Assembly (NCBI GenBank): GCA_042570465.1
Contig: JBHPGO010000001.1
Coordinates: forward strand, 1,656 to 65,655
Direction of reading: 5' to 3'
Origin: Patescibacteria group bacterium
GTDB taxonomy: Bacteria; Patescibacteriota; Microgenomatia; PFEM01; JBHPGO01
Length of the DNA stretch: 64,000 bases
The stretch's first letter is position 1, and the number at the start of each line of letters is the position of its first letter. Below, piece by piece: positions 1-9,593 of this stretch. The position numbers and the translations under genes were made by a program. The notes under the pieces are model-generated. The model was not told the origin of the DNA. It ran no database searches and saw only the letters and a list, made by a program, of their open reading frames with translations.

Positions 1-67
1 TATCTTTCAACCACTCCTTCTTTTATTCAAATGCCCTTTTTACGAAGTGGCAAATTTAAAATTGAAA

Positions 68-143
68 TTACGCTCAAACTCTAATCTCTCATGAGCTTTT
101 ATGAGGCTAAGATGGGTTCTAACTTCATTGAATCTCTGACACC
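68..143. repeat. Dispersed ~75 bp repeat A, copy 1 (att-like relic)
   Basis: ttacgctcaa...gaggctaagatgggttctaacttcattgaatc matches 929-1004, 2945-3026, 11226-11331, 12630-12703 and 13063-13127. Confidence 0.8.
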
Positions 144-277
144 AATTTTTTAGCCTCAGAAAATAGATCAAAATGCAGTAACCCAAAACGGGATTAGAAC
201 CTCAACGGTCTTCAGAGAAAACCAAGTTTAAATTTCTTCGATTGCTTTTTAGAATCGTTCTTGGCTAAAATAAAGCC

Positions 278-922
278 ATGGTAAAGTCAAAGCCATGGAA
301 TTGGAAGATCAGCTCAGCTCCTTGGTGGAAAGAACCAGCTCCAGAAATTTACCCGTTGCTTAAAAGATGGCAAAAAAAGAAATTTCAAAGACTTCTTGAT
401 TTAGGTTGTGGAATTGGTAGGCATGCCGTGTTATTTGCCCAAGGTGGCTTCAAGGTTGATGCTTGTGATCTTTCACAAGACGGCATCAATAAAGTTAACG
501 AACTAGCTAAACAGAATAAGCTGAATATTAGTACAAAAGTTACCGATATGCTTTCTCTCCCTTATGAAGATAATTTGTTTGACTGCTTGGTAGCTTTTAA
601 TGTTATTTACCATGCTGACGATAAGGGGGTTGTAAAGACAATTAGCGAAATGAAAAGGGTTTTGAAGAAGAAGGGTGAAGCCTTCGTCACTTTTAATTCA
701 AAAAATAGTACTTCTTTTAAAGCAGAAAGCAACAAGCGGTTATCTGAAAACACGGTCATTAAAACCGAAGGGAATGAGGCTGGTATTCCTCACTACTACG
801 CCGATAAGGCTGATGTTGAAAAGCTAGTCAAAGATTTTAAAACTATTGAATTTTCCTATAAGGAAGAATATTATCCTGACTACGTTGGTGCCCACTATCA
901 TGTTCTATTAACAAAAGTGTAG
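278..922 (+). CDS. Class I SAM-dependent methyltransferase (TehB-like)
   Basis: LLDLGCGIGRHA motif I, DLS acidic motif, LPYEDNLFD, EMKRVLKKKG. Confidence 0.9.
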   Translation: MVKSKPWNWKISSAPWWKEPAPEIYPLLKRWQKKKFQRLLDLGCGIGRHAVLFAQGGFKVDACDLSQDGINKVNELAKQNKLNISTKVTDMLSLPYEDNLFDCLVAFNVIYHADDKGVVKTISEMKRVLKKKGEAFVTFNSKNSTSFKAESNKRLSENTVIKTEGNEAGIPHYYADKADVEKLVKDFKTIEFSYKEEYYPDYVGAHYHVLLTKV

Positions 923-928
923 TTATAG

Positions 929-1004
929 TTACGCTCAAGCTCCAGTCTCTCAGCAGCTTTTATGAGGCTAAAATAGGTTCTAACTTCATTGAGTCTAGGA
1001 CCCA
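929..1004. repeat. Repeat A copy 2
   Basis: ttacgctcaagctccagtctctcagcagcttttatgaggctaaaataggttctaacttcattgagtctaggaccca. Confidence 0.85.
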
Positions 1005-1007
1005 GAG

Positions 1008-1043
1008 AAAAAAAAGACTACCCCTTGTGGGTAGCCTTTTTTT
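1008..1043. terminator. Bidirectional intrinsic terminator-like hairpin
   Basis: A-run, agactaccc-cttgt-gggtagcct stem, T-run. Confidence 0.65.
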
Positions 1044-1190
1044 CTGGATGAAGCAGGATTTGAACCCCAATTCCACCCAAGGTTCAATTTACCAAAAACT
1101 TCCTAGTAAACGATTTCAAACTATCGAATTAAATAACGAGGTGTGGACCCTCTCAAATCCCTGCCTGCCGGCAGGCAGGTCCTGGGGTGG
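1044..1190 (+). mobile_element. Orphan tRNA-3' module (inverted T-arm, 77 nt core, GGACCCTC, tRNA-like 3' end with cctgcctgccggcaggcagg insert)
   Basis: ggatttgaacccc...ggaccctc-tcaaatccc, same layout and spacing as the modules at the Gly, Leu and Gln tRNAs. Confidence 0.6.
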
Positions 1191-1248
1191 AGAAAGGTAT
1201 CTTAAGTGTCAGTTGTAAGCCTTGGTAGACTTAAGTATGATAAAAGAG

Positions 1249-2244
1249 ATGAATGGAGTTAAAAACGTCATCAAAACAGTCCTTCTGGTTAGTCTTCTAG
1301 CTACAGTTTTTTCACTTGGGATTTGGATTTTACCAATCCAATCAGTTCAGGCTCAAAGTATTGACGAGGTTTTACTGGTTTTACAAAACTGGGGAACTAA
1401 TGGGCCTGATGGCGATTTCTATCAAGATGGCAAAGTAAATGAAATGGACTTTGGTTTGGTAATGATAGATTGGGGAATGGAACCCTCACCCTCACCCTCA
1501 CCCACCACAGGGCCAACAGTGGTTATCCACGCTCCGCACTACGATTGGTTCAAAAACAAGTTAAAGGCCGGTGACCAGGTGATTTCTGGTGTTAATCGAC
1601 AAAGTGAAGGGTCGCCGCCTAGTAGCAGTCTGTTCAATCAACGCTTGGATCTTCTTAATGCGATTGACGAGAATGAAATTGGTGTGATTAAAAGTTTTAT
1701 GTTTTCCTCTTACCATGATTGTGAAACTTATATTGACCAAATTCCCGATGATGTGACGATTATTTCCTATAATAATGAAGGTTCCATGACACCCTCAGAT
1801 GAACGAGGGGCAGGAGTTTTTAATGCGGTGCATCAATTTGCCAATTGCGTCCATGGGGCTGGTAAAATGTTTACATTTATTCCGGTCAGGAGTGTGTGGA
1901 CTAGTTGGAGCAATGATGAACTAAATCTTATCTTAACCGATGTTGACTCGATTGATTATCAAGGCCAAAACGAAATCAGTCAAGGATCTCAAAACTTCAT
2001 TAATATAGTCACCTCTGTTCATGACAAACTTAAGGCGGTTAATCCCAATTTTGAGATGTATGTCCAAGTTTGGATAAGTCGAGATGATAATCACCAGGAA
2101 GATATTGTTGCAGGCTTTAACGCGGTTCAAGATCTAATTGATTCCGCTTGGATTGTCGGCGCTCAACCAATGTATGATTCCCCTCCAACCTCATCAACTA
2201 TTAGCCAAACTGATTACATCCTCGACCGTCTCAATTGGCGATAA
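1249..2244 (+). CDS. Secreted protein: dockerin-like motif, Pro/Ser linker, possible TIM-barrel glycosidase-like domain
   Basis: Signal peptide, DFYQDGKVNEMDF..W EF-hand-like motif, PSPSPSPT linker; start uncertain (1222-1249). Confidence 0.65.
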   Translation: MNGVKNVIKTVLLVSLLATVFSLGIWILPIQSVQAQSIDEVLLVLQNWGTNGPDGDFYQDGKVNEMDFGLVMIDWGMEPSPSPSPTTGPTVVIHAPHYDWFKNKLKAGDQVISGVNRQSEGSPPSSSLFNQRLDLLNAIDENEIGVIKSFMFSSYHDCETYIDQIPDDVTIISYNNEGSMTPSDERGAGVFNAVHQFANCVHGAGKMFTFIPVRSVWTSWSNDELNLILTDVDSIDYQGQNEISQGSQNFINIVTSVHDKLKAVNPNFEMYVQVWISRDDNHQEDIVAGFNAVQDLIDSAWIVGAQPMYDSPPTSSTISQTDYILDRLNWR

Positions 2245-2341
2245 ACTTTCCATTGATAACAACATGCTTAAAGGAAAGTCTCAAAAAGCCCTGTTAGTCT
2301 CCACTTTACATCAGCCTATAATATTGCTATAATACTTATTC

Positions 2342-2854
2342 ATGTTAACCAAAGAAAAAGAAACAAATCTAAAAAGTTGTTTTCCTGTTTCGGAAAAGGC
2401 TGTGAAATTGGCCAAAGCAGAAATAAGATCTAATCCTAGGCAACAATTAGAGGCTGAATGGGAAAATATAACTCGGCAAAATACGAGACTTGGGGAATTC
2501 TTAAAATTAAGCCATGATGCTATTAAGCAATCTGGCTACGAAAATAAATATACCGAGGGTGCTTTATGGGTCTATAAGACTATTAGAATTCAGGGAGAGC
2601 TAAGTGGAAGTCTGTCTCCAGTAGTTAGCCAGGAAGTAATAGCCGCATATTCTAGGGAAATAATTGATCAATGCGATGGTACTGGAAAAGAACTCGTAGA
2701 TTTATTTACTGAACTTAAATCAGAAATGGAAGAAAATGAACCCGCCCTTGGAAGGTTAATAAAAGAAGTAACCGCATATGAACCCTATCCAGAATATTAC
2801 TTCGGAGGAGCCTCTGATGTATATTGGCTTCTTGAGAGAGCTTCAGTAAATTAG
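2342..2854 (+). CDS. Hypothetical protein
   Basis: 170 aa ORF with gctataat -10 box just upstream of ATG. Confidence 0.7.
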   Translation: MLTKEKETNLKSCFPVSEKAVKLAKAEIRSNPRQQLEAEWENITRQNTRLGEFLKLSHDAIKQSGYENKYTEGALWVYKTIRIQGELSGSLSPVVSQEVIAAYSREIIDQCDGTGKELVDLFTELKSEMEENEPALGRLIKEVTAYEPYPEYYFGGASDVYWLLERASVN

Positions 2855-2944
2855 TTCGTATAAAATATCGGATTAATCTTCTTAGACTTAAAGTTGGCAA
2901 TATTAAAGTTGAGGATTAACTCAATATTTAGTCTTTCTTGAATT

Positions 2945-3026
2945 TTTATGAGGCTAAAATGGGTTCTAATTTCATTGAGTCCTCGACGAGATTATATTAA
3001 TTTTTCGTGGTTGAGTCCTCGACCCC
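2945..3026. repeat. Repeat A copy 3 with partial hairpin insert and local duplication
   Basis: gaggctaaaatgggttctaatttcattgagtcctcgac-gagattatattaatttttcgtgg-ttgagtcctcgac. Confidence 0.8.
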
Positions 3027-3061
3027 CGAAGCAATAAATTTTTGCCAGGTGCCAAGCTAAT

Positions 3062-3168
3062 ACACCTTCCAGGTGGACGGTACAGGTGGACGGTACAGGT
3101 GGACGGCACGACTCGGTCGTTCCGAGGCGGACCTAGGGCACCTGGAAGGTGTACGTTGGAAGGTGTAC
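3062..3168. repeat. REP-like cluster: caccttccaggtg / cacctggaaggtg inverted pair with 3x 13 bp tandem caggtggacgg(t/c)a
   Basis: Direct reading; related units recur at 3578-3632. Confidence 0.75.
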
Positions 3169-3199
3169 ATTCTGGTAACTTAGGGGTAGGTGTGTCAAT

Positions 3200-3640
3200 C
3201 TAACAGCCGAACCATTCTTTTCTTATCTCTTCTTCCGTTTGATCGGGGGTAAACCCTCTCCTGATTTGATCTCTATGAGATAGAATATCATTCCTATATC
3301 CAACTTTAAGTAACATTAAAGTGTCATCTAGCGACAAGGCGATTTCTGCAGCAGAACCAAGGGGTCCGGACCATTCGTCTGGTTCCTTTGCTGCGTTCAA
3401 TAATCTATTTTGGGTCAATATTTGAGATTCTCTAACTCTTAATGTAGGCCTATGATTTATATCAACTATTTTTTCCATACGATTTAGCATTATATCATTT
3501 ACCATAAATTGAGGTGTTGGCAGGGGGTTTAAGAGATTTCTCAACGTTTTATCTGAACTGACTAGCAACCGTTGTAGACACCTGGAAGGTGTACGCCCTA
3601 AGCCAACAGTCAAAACATGCCAGGTGGACGGCATGTCCAC
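3200..3640 (-). CDS. Hypothetical protein (true start probably downstream of the REP at 3578-3632)
   Basis: ORF between two REP clusters; N-terminus translated from repeat DNA. Confidence 0.5.
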   Translation of the reverse strand: MDMPSTWHVLTVGLGRTPSRCLQRLLVSSDKTLRNLLNPLPTPQFMVNDIMLNRMEKIVDINHRPTLRVRESQILTQNRLLNAAKEPDEWSGPLGSAAEIALSLDDTLMLLKVGYRNDILSHRDQIRRGFTPDQTEEEIRKEWFGC

Positions 3641-3669
3641 GAAAATAGCTGTTGACTTCGTCGTAAAAA

Positions 3670-4803
3670 ATGATTACTCTGACAAAAACAGCGTTATTTC
3701 GCAATTCTTCAATAATGAAAAAAGATTTTAAATATCTACTTTTACTTTTGTTAATCTTCTTGTCCTCTTTGGCTGCCTTAGTAATTCCTAAAAAAAATAA
3801 ATTAAAAAAAAATTATTTAAACACCCCCGCAAACACCAAATCTAAAATGACCGACTCTAGCATTAATCAACAAGTTCAGGAAGAAACTGTTCTCGCTGCC
3901 AAAGATGCTCCGGAAAAAAGAACTGAAAATGATCAACAAATTAAAGTGGCCAATATCCGGTTTGGGGTAGTGGTCAAAGACTACTCAAATAACACTGGCC
4001 AGATTAGCGGACTGGAAAACACTTTAGAAAAAATAGTTTCCACAGTTGGCATCTACAAACAATTTGGCTTGCCGACAAACCAGTATCTAGTCGAAACCGA
4101 TCTGGCATATATTAAAAACGCCGGCAAAATCTTACTACTTGCTTGGGAACCATGGAACCCGAATGAGGGCACCAACCAAAGCATTGACTACCTTAAAGAA
4201 ATTGCTGAAGGAAAACACGATGACTACATCACTACTTTTGCCCGTCAAGTAAAAAATTACTCAAGCCCAGTCTTGTTAAGGTTCGCCCACGAGATGAACG
4301 GTAACTGGTATCCTTGGGGAACTAGGCCTTCAGAATATGTTTCAGCATACCGCCGGATTGTTGAAGTTTTTCACAGTCAAGGAACTGACAACGTTAAGTT
4401 TGTCTGGAGCATTAACCATGAATCTGTTCCCTACGAGCCGATCAGTCAATGCCAGAAGTATTTCCCCGGAGAAGCCTATGTTGATATTATTGGTATTGAT
4501 GGCTTTAATTTCGGAACATCAAGAAACAATTCAACTTGGAAAAGTTTTGACAATATTTTTTCACCGGCCTACTCGTTTGTCTCAACTGCTTATCCGGAGA
4601 AACCTATAATAATCACCGAAGTTGGCTCTACGGAGTTTGGCGGCAATAAAAATAAATGGATAGATGAGATGTTTGCTAGTTTAGCCAATATGCCCAAAAT
4701 CCAAGAAATTATCTGGTTCAACTTATTAAAAGAAACTGATTGGAGAATCGATTCTTCGACCACCAGCACCGAAGCCTTCCAACGCAACTTATCAACCCTA
4801 TAG
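3670..4803 (+). CDS. Glycoside hydrolase family 26 (beta-mannanase-like), membrane anchored
   Basis: AWEPW, LLRFAHEMNGNWYPW, YFPGEAYVDIIGIDGFN, KPIIITE; N-terminal TM. Confidence 0.9.
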   Translation: MITLTKTALFRNSSIMKKDFKYLLLLLLIFLSSLAALVIPKKNKLKKNYLNTPANTKSKMTDSSINQQVQEETVLAAKDAPEKRTENDQQIKVANIRFGVVVKDYSNNTGQISGLENTLEKIVSTVGIYKQFGLPTNQYLVETDLAYIKNAGKILLLAWEPWNPNEGTNQSIDYLKEIAEGKHDDYITTFARQVKNYSSPVLLRFAHEMNGNWYPWGTRPSEYVSAYRRIVEVFHSQGTDNVKFVWSINHESVPYEPISQCQKYFPGEAYVDIIGIDGFNFGTSRNNSTWKSFDNIFSPAYSFVSTAYPEKPIIITEVGSTEFGGNKNKWIDEMFASLANMPKIQEIIWFNLLKETDWRIDSSTTSTEAFQRNLSTL

Positions 4804-4859
4804 TTTGACTTCTCATCGTTAGTCTTGTATAATATCCCATAGTATTACTAAGAACGCGT

Positions 4860-7562
4860 ATGGACTTTTTTCGAGTCCATATTTTTTTATCACCAAATAT
4901 GTTGCAAGACTTTTACCTGAAGGCGTCCAAAATCAAAAAGCTTCTGATCAAGCTGGGGATTGTCTATGGCCTAATCCTGACCACCGGCTATGCCCTGTTT
5001 CGGGCTTATTACATCAATTTTAATCCCTACCTGGTTATTCCCGCCATTCTTTTATATATGGCCGAGCTTCACACCATTATTCTTTTATACGGTTTTTTAT
5101 ATTCTCTTTGGCCAAGAAAATTCAAAACTTATTCTAAAATTAATCGCAACCGGAACCTGCAAGTTAACTTATTTATAACAACAGTCGGTGAACCGATAGA
5201 AATTGTCAGTCAAACCATTGAGCACGCTAAAAAAGCGGCCGATCACTACCGAAAAATTGTCAAACCTAAAAAAGCCCCCCGGGTGATTGTTCTTAACGAC
5301 GGCTTTGGTGCTAAGAAAGAAAACTGGTGGCAGGTCCGTGACTTTTGCCAAAAGGTGGGTGTGCTTCACCTTGCCCGAAAAACTAACGAAGGCTTTAAGG
5401 CCGGCAATATCAACAACGGTTTAAAAAAATTTCCAAGTAAAGATCCCCATAACACTATCGACTGCTATTTTGACGCTGACTTTTGTGCCAAAAAAGAATT
5501 TTTGATCGAGATCTTAAAACCCCTGGTTGACAACAAGGTTGACTTTGTCCAAAGCCCTCAGCGCTATAAAAACCTGACTACTTGGGTAGCCAAAGGGGCC
5601 GGAGCTCATCAAATTTTCTTTTTTGACTATGTTTGTCCGGCCAAAGCCTATGACAACGCTCTCTTTTTATGCGGCACTAATTATGCCATCAGAAGACAGG
5701 CGCTTTTGGATGCTGGCGGAGTTGACAATCGGTTTGTCACCGAGGATTACGCGACCTCGATCAAACTTCACTTGCTGGGCAAAAAAGGAGTTTTTGTTTC
5801 TAAGGTGCTGGCTTTGGGCATGGCCCCGATGAACCTTAAGGAATACTTTAACCAGCAAACCCGATGGTGCAAAGGCTGTCTTGATGCCAACGGAAAATAT
5901 CTCAAAGAATTGCTCTTTGGTCCGTTAAATTTCAGGCAAAAACTTCATTACTTTTTATCAACCGCTTATTACTTTATCGGGGTCAGGGATTTGATCTTGG
6001 TGCTGGCTCCCATCCCATATCTTTTTTTCGGCATTTCTCTGATCAGAGCCAATACCACCATGTACCTGGCTTTTGTCTACCTGCCATTAATGATCTTCAA
6101 TTTCAGCTTGTTTTTCCTGACTTTTCGCAGCCCCGTTAAAAGCTTGGTGCTGGATATTGTCACCTTTCCGGTCTTTGCCTTGGCTTTTGTATCCAGTGTT
6201 ATCAAAAAAAATCTTCCCTTTACCGTCACTATCAAAAAATATGAAAAAGAAAATCCTTTCCGGGTTTACAAAATTCAGCTGGCAGTAGCCACGCTCCTCT
6301 GCGCGGGAATTGCTTACAGCTTCCTGTTTAATAGAAACCACAACCCCTATGGGAAGTTTATTAATCACTTTTGGGCCACTTATAGCGCCACTTTTTTGTT
6401 GCTTGGTTTTTTCCTGGTCATCAGGGAAAACTATGATTTCAGTCGGCTTGAAAATCATTACTCAAACTTACTGGGAACCTTAAAAAATGCTCTCGGTTTC
6501 ACTAAAAGATTTGCCCTAAGGCCAGCGGTTGCTTTCGTCGCCGTCATTATCGCCTTTATCTTCCTTGGCTATAGCGTCAAAACCGGTGTTTTGGCTTACG
6601 ATGACATCCGAACAACTTTTAACAAAATCATCAAAAGAGAAGAGCTTTTAGTTCCCGACAATGGGGCTTACTATGGTTACTTTTTACCGGAGCTGAATTC
6701 GCACCCGGAAAGTCCGGTCATCTCGACCGTTGAGGGTGATCACCCAAGCCTGGTGATGTACTATCAAGATTTTAGCCCTGATTCGCAGTTTAACCTCAAG
6801 TTTATGAACATGCTTTATGAAAAAGGGTCAATCCCGATCGTTACCTGGGAGCCTTGGATCCGTGGCTCAGATCAGGAAAAGATTATTAACCAAGAAGGCC
6901 AAGCAGCCGAGGAAATATTATCGGGGAAATATAATGAGCATATCAGGCAATGGGCCAGAGGTGCTAAAAAATTTGGTAAACCTTTCTTTTTAAGGTTTGC
7001 CCACGAGATGAACGGCAACTGGTATGCCTGGGGTTCTTTTGATGAAAATAGCGCCAGTCAATACAAAAAAATGTGGAAGCATGTTTTTACCATCTTTAAA
7101 GAAGAGAAAGTTGACAACGCGATTTGGGTCTGGTCCCCCAACAACACCAACCAATACGGATTAGCCGACTCGATGCTTGATTTTTACCCTGGTTCTGAGT
7201 ACGTTGACTGGACCGGTTTTTCTGCTTTCAACTGGGGAAATTCTTATTCTGACAATCGTTGGATGGATTTTAAAACCAGTTGCTGGGAGGCTTACTCTAC
7301 CTTGGCCCAGTTGAACAAGCCAATCATGGTGGCCGAAACTTCTTCGGTTAGTATCGGTGGCGACAAAACCGAGTGGTTTAGGCAAACCCTCGAACAAGAC
7401 ATTCCCTCAATGCCTTTGATAAGGGGGGTAGTTTTATTCAATGAAGACTATCAGAATGCCGACTTTATCCTTGATAAAGGGATGGACGCCAACGAAATGG
7501 TCAAACATCATTTGCTCAACAATGGCTACTATCTAACCAATCCAATTCTCCAGTATCGGTAA
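4860..7562 (+). CDS. Processive GT2 polysaccharide synthase (BcsA/CesA-like) fused to C-terminal GH26 domain
   Basis: KAGNIN, FDAD, VQSPQ, TED, QQTRW motifs plus TM helices; then RFAHEMNGNWYAW and KPIMVAE. Confidence 0.9.
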   Translation: MDFFRVHIFLSPNMLQDFYLKASKIKKLLIKLGIVYGLILTTGYALFRAYYINFNPYLVIPAILLYMAELHTIILLYGFLYSLWPRKFKTYSKINRNRNLQVNLFITTVGEPIEIVSQTIEHAKKAADHYRKIVKPKKAPRVIVLNDGFGAKKENWWQVRDFCQKVGVLHLARKTNEGFKAGNINNGLKKFPSKDPHNTIDCYFDADFCAKKEFLIEILKPLVDNKVDFVQSPQRYKNLTTWVAKGAGAHQIFFFDYVCPAKAYDNALFLCGTNYAIRRQALLDAGGVDNRFVTEDYATSIKLHLLGKKGVFVSKVLALGMAPMNLKEYFNQQTRWCKGCLDANGKYLKELLFGPLNFRQKLHYFLSTAYYFIGVRDLILVLAPIPYLFFGISLIRANTTMYLAFVYLPLMIFNFSLFFLTFRSPVKSLVLDIVTFPVFALAFVSSVIKKNLPFTVTIKKYEKENPFRVYKIQLAVATLLCAGIAYSFLFNRNHNPYGKFINHFWATYSATFLLLGFFLVIRENYDFSRLENHYSNLLGTLKNALGFTKRFALRPAVAFVAVIIAFIFLGYSVKTGVLAYDDIRTTFNKIIKREELLVPDNGAYYGYFLPELNSHPESPVISTVEGDHPSLVMYYQDFSPDSQFNLKFMNMLYEKGSIPIVTWEPWIRGSDQEKIINQEGQAAEEILSGKYNEHIRQWARGAKKFGKPFFLRFAHEMNGNWYAWGSFDENSASQYKKMWKHVFTIFKEEKVDNAIWVWSPNNTNQYGLADSMLDFYPGSEYVDWTGFSAFNWGNSYSDNRWMDFKTSCWEAYSTLAQLNKPIMVAETSSVSIGGDKTEWFRQTLEQDIPSMPLIRGVVLFNEDYQNADFILDKGMDANEMVKHHLLNNGYYLTNPILQYR

Positions 7563-7706
7563 AATACTCCCAGCCAACGATCCTGCTTCGGTACTATTTT
7601 TTCCTTATGGTTTTAGGGGACTTCTTTACTGAAAGACTTACCCACCTTCGATGGCCCAATTATTACAATAGCATGATATAATAACTTTGTTATCTAGAGG
7701 AGATCT

Positions 7707-7901
7707 ATGACAGAAGTGTATGGGCCAAAAACAGAAACAACAGAAGAATTATCGGGGAAGATTGACATGGGAATTATTCTTTCTAGGATTGGAATTGCCC
7801 AGGTTGCTTTAAGCCTTGGTTTTCCACTTGGTTCTTTGCACTCACCAGAGGATACAGGAAAACCACCTGCTGTAAATGATCCGCCTGAAACACCCAAATA
7901 G
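7707..7901 (+). CDS. Small hypothetical protein
   Basis: tataat and aggag SD upstream. Confidence 0.5.
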   Translation: MTEVYGPKTETTEELSGKIDMGIILSRIGIAQVALSLGFPLGSLHSPEDTGKPPAVNDPPETPK

Positions 7902-7992
7902 CTTTTAACTATTTTCATTTTAAATCCTTTCATGGCCCCTTTTTTTGCAATAGGCTGGTATAATATGCATAGTCGTTTGGAAAGGAGGAAAT

Positions 7993-8289
7993 ATGATAGA
8001 AAAAACTGTTGGGAATACAATTGAAGAGCCAGAAAGAGAAGAAACTAAACGTGAGAAAGAATTAAGGGAAGCACTCGGCTCTTTGGTGGCAGTAGTAAGA
8101 TTTAACGAGTTTTGTGGACAAGTGGAAACTAGACTTGAAGGATTGACGATTATGTCAGCCGATGTGAATCCTGCAAAACAAGAAGTTGGTAAGCCGCCTT
8201 CTAATGAAGCAGTCGAAATATTAATTAATGATGAAATCGATGAAATTGTTAGGAAATTCGGTAGACTACCTGCTCCAGACCAAGAATAA
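7993..8289 (+). CDS. Small hypothetical protein
   Basis: tggtataat promoter and aaggagg SD. Confidence 0.65.
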   Translation: MIEKTVGNTIEEPEREETKREKELREALGSLVAVVRFNEFCGQVETRLEGLTIMSADVNPAKQEVGKPPSNEAVEILINDEIDEIVRKFGRLPAPDQE

Positions 8290-8394
8290 TTCTTAACTGT
8301 CTTCATTTAAAATCTTCCTCAGTTGATTCATCAAAGTTTTATAAAGGTAACCCTGATACTTTGGGTGTTAACTGAAATTTCCTTGTTCGTCAAC

Positions 8395-8474
8395 CCGTCT
8401 CGACTCGGCTCGCCTCGCGCCCGCCTTGTCTTCGACAAGTCGAGACAGGTCGAAGCGGGTCATTCCGAGGCGGA
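8395..8474. repeat. Nested palindromic mini-inserts
   Basis: ccgtctcgactcgg...ccgaggcgg hairpin (as at 42359) containing a second cccgcc...gcggg hairpin. Confidence 0.7.
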
Positions 8475-8690
8475 CCCGTATCAAACCATGTTCGTGAAGT
8501 GCTTTCAATTACTATATTACTCCAGTGTATTTTGTCAACGACTTCTGAGTTATGGTCAAAAGAACAACCCTAAACCCTCCAACCCCTCGGCATAAGTGCC
8601 CCAGTACCAGTTCCGATCTAAAATCGGAACGATACGGGGTGAACTTCCTTATGATTTGGGGTTGCTTAATTTTTACCCCAGTGTCGAGGA

Positions 8691-8742
8691 GAAGTGGGGT
8701 CGTGTAATTCTTATTCTTGGGGTGAAGCACCCCCAATTGAAA
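8691..8742. repeat. Repeat B copy 1
   Basis: gaagtggggtcgtgtaattct...tggggtgaagcacccccaat, near identical to 9095-9145. Confidence 0.85.
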
Positions 8743-8756
8743 TTTTCAAAATATTC

Positions 8757-9005
8757 CTAAACATTATTTACTTGTGCTTGATTAGGATTACGGATAGCTT
8801 CTTTGAATCTAGCTTGAAATTTAGTTAATAGTTCTTGAGCAAGTTCTTTGCCATCGAATACTGGACTTTTTTCTTCAAAAATTGTCGAGGGGTCTCCAGA
8901 ACGTGGCGCTTCCATACCAAAATCTTCAAATATTTTTCTTATTTGTGCACGAACTCTTAAATCTTCTGGTGTAACTGGTTTTATATTTTCTAATTCAACT
9001 AGCAA
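8757..9005 (-). CDS. Small hypothetical protein
   Basis: aaggaggtgat SD before TTG start. Confidence 0.6.
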   Translation of the reverse strand: MLVELENIKPVTPEDLRVRAQIRKIFEDFGMEAPRSGDPSTIFEEKSPVFDGKELAQELLTKFQARFKEAIRNPNQAQVNNV

Positions 9006-9094
9006 TTTATTATCACCTCCTTTCTTTACCCCTCCGTAGTCCCGATTTAATATCGCGGACGAAGGAGGGCTGCCCCTTCCTCGCAGTTCTATGC

Positions 9095-9145
9095 GAAGTG
9101 GGGTCGTGTAATTCTGTCCTTGGGGTGAAGCACCCCCAATGGAAA
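9095..9145. repeat. Repeat B copy 2
   Basis: See copy 1. Confidence 0.85.
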
Positions 9146-9166
9146 ATTCGATTAGTTTAACGCAAA

Positions 9167-9448
9167 CTATCTTTCAGTTTGATCAAGTTCACCTAGTCCT
9201 TCTTCTTGGCTCCTATCAATTTCTAAATCATAGGTCGCCTCCTCCTCGAGAGTCAGTCGTCTACCCATAACCGTTGTTTTATAAACACCATCTGGTCCAA
9301 CATCAATGCCAACCGAAACAACTTTCCTTCCAGGTTTAACCTCAGGTAGTTGCGGATCCCCTGGAGTTTCTCCTTCTGGTAGTTTTTCGGCTTCTTCCTC
9401 GGGAATATAGGTAATAATCGGTCTTGGCTCATAATGTTCAACAGGCAT
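9167..9448 (-). CDS. Small acidic hypothetical protein
   Basis: aaggagg SD, ATG start. Confidence 0.65.
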   Translation of the reverse strand: MPVEHYEPRPIITYIPEEEAEKLPEGETPGDPQLPEVKPGRKVVSVGIDVGPDGVYKTTVMGRRLTLEEEATYDLEIDRSQEEGLGELDQTER

Positions 9449-9593
9449 TATTTAATCCTCCTTTCTTGTTAATTATTGGGGCCTACCCCCGATTGAAATT
9501 GTTAATCTATCCTCCCAAACTCACCTTTCGGCTTTTGGACGAAAATCTAGTTGGCACATCACCCGCCAATATGAAGAAAAAACAGATGTTTCT

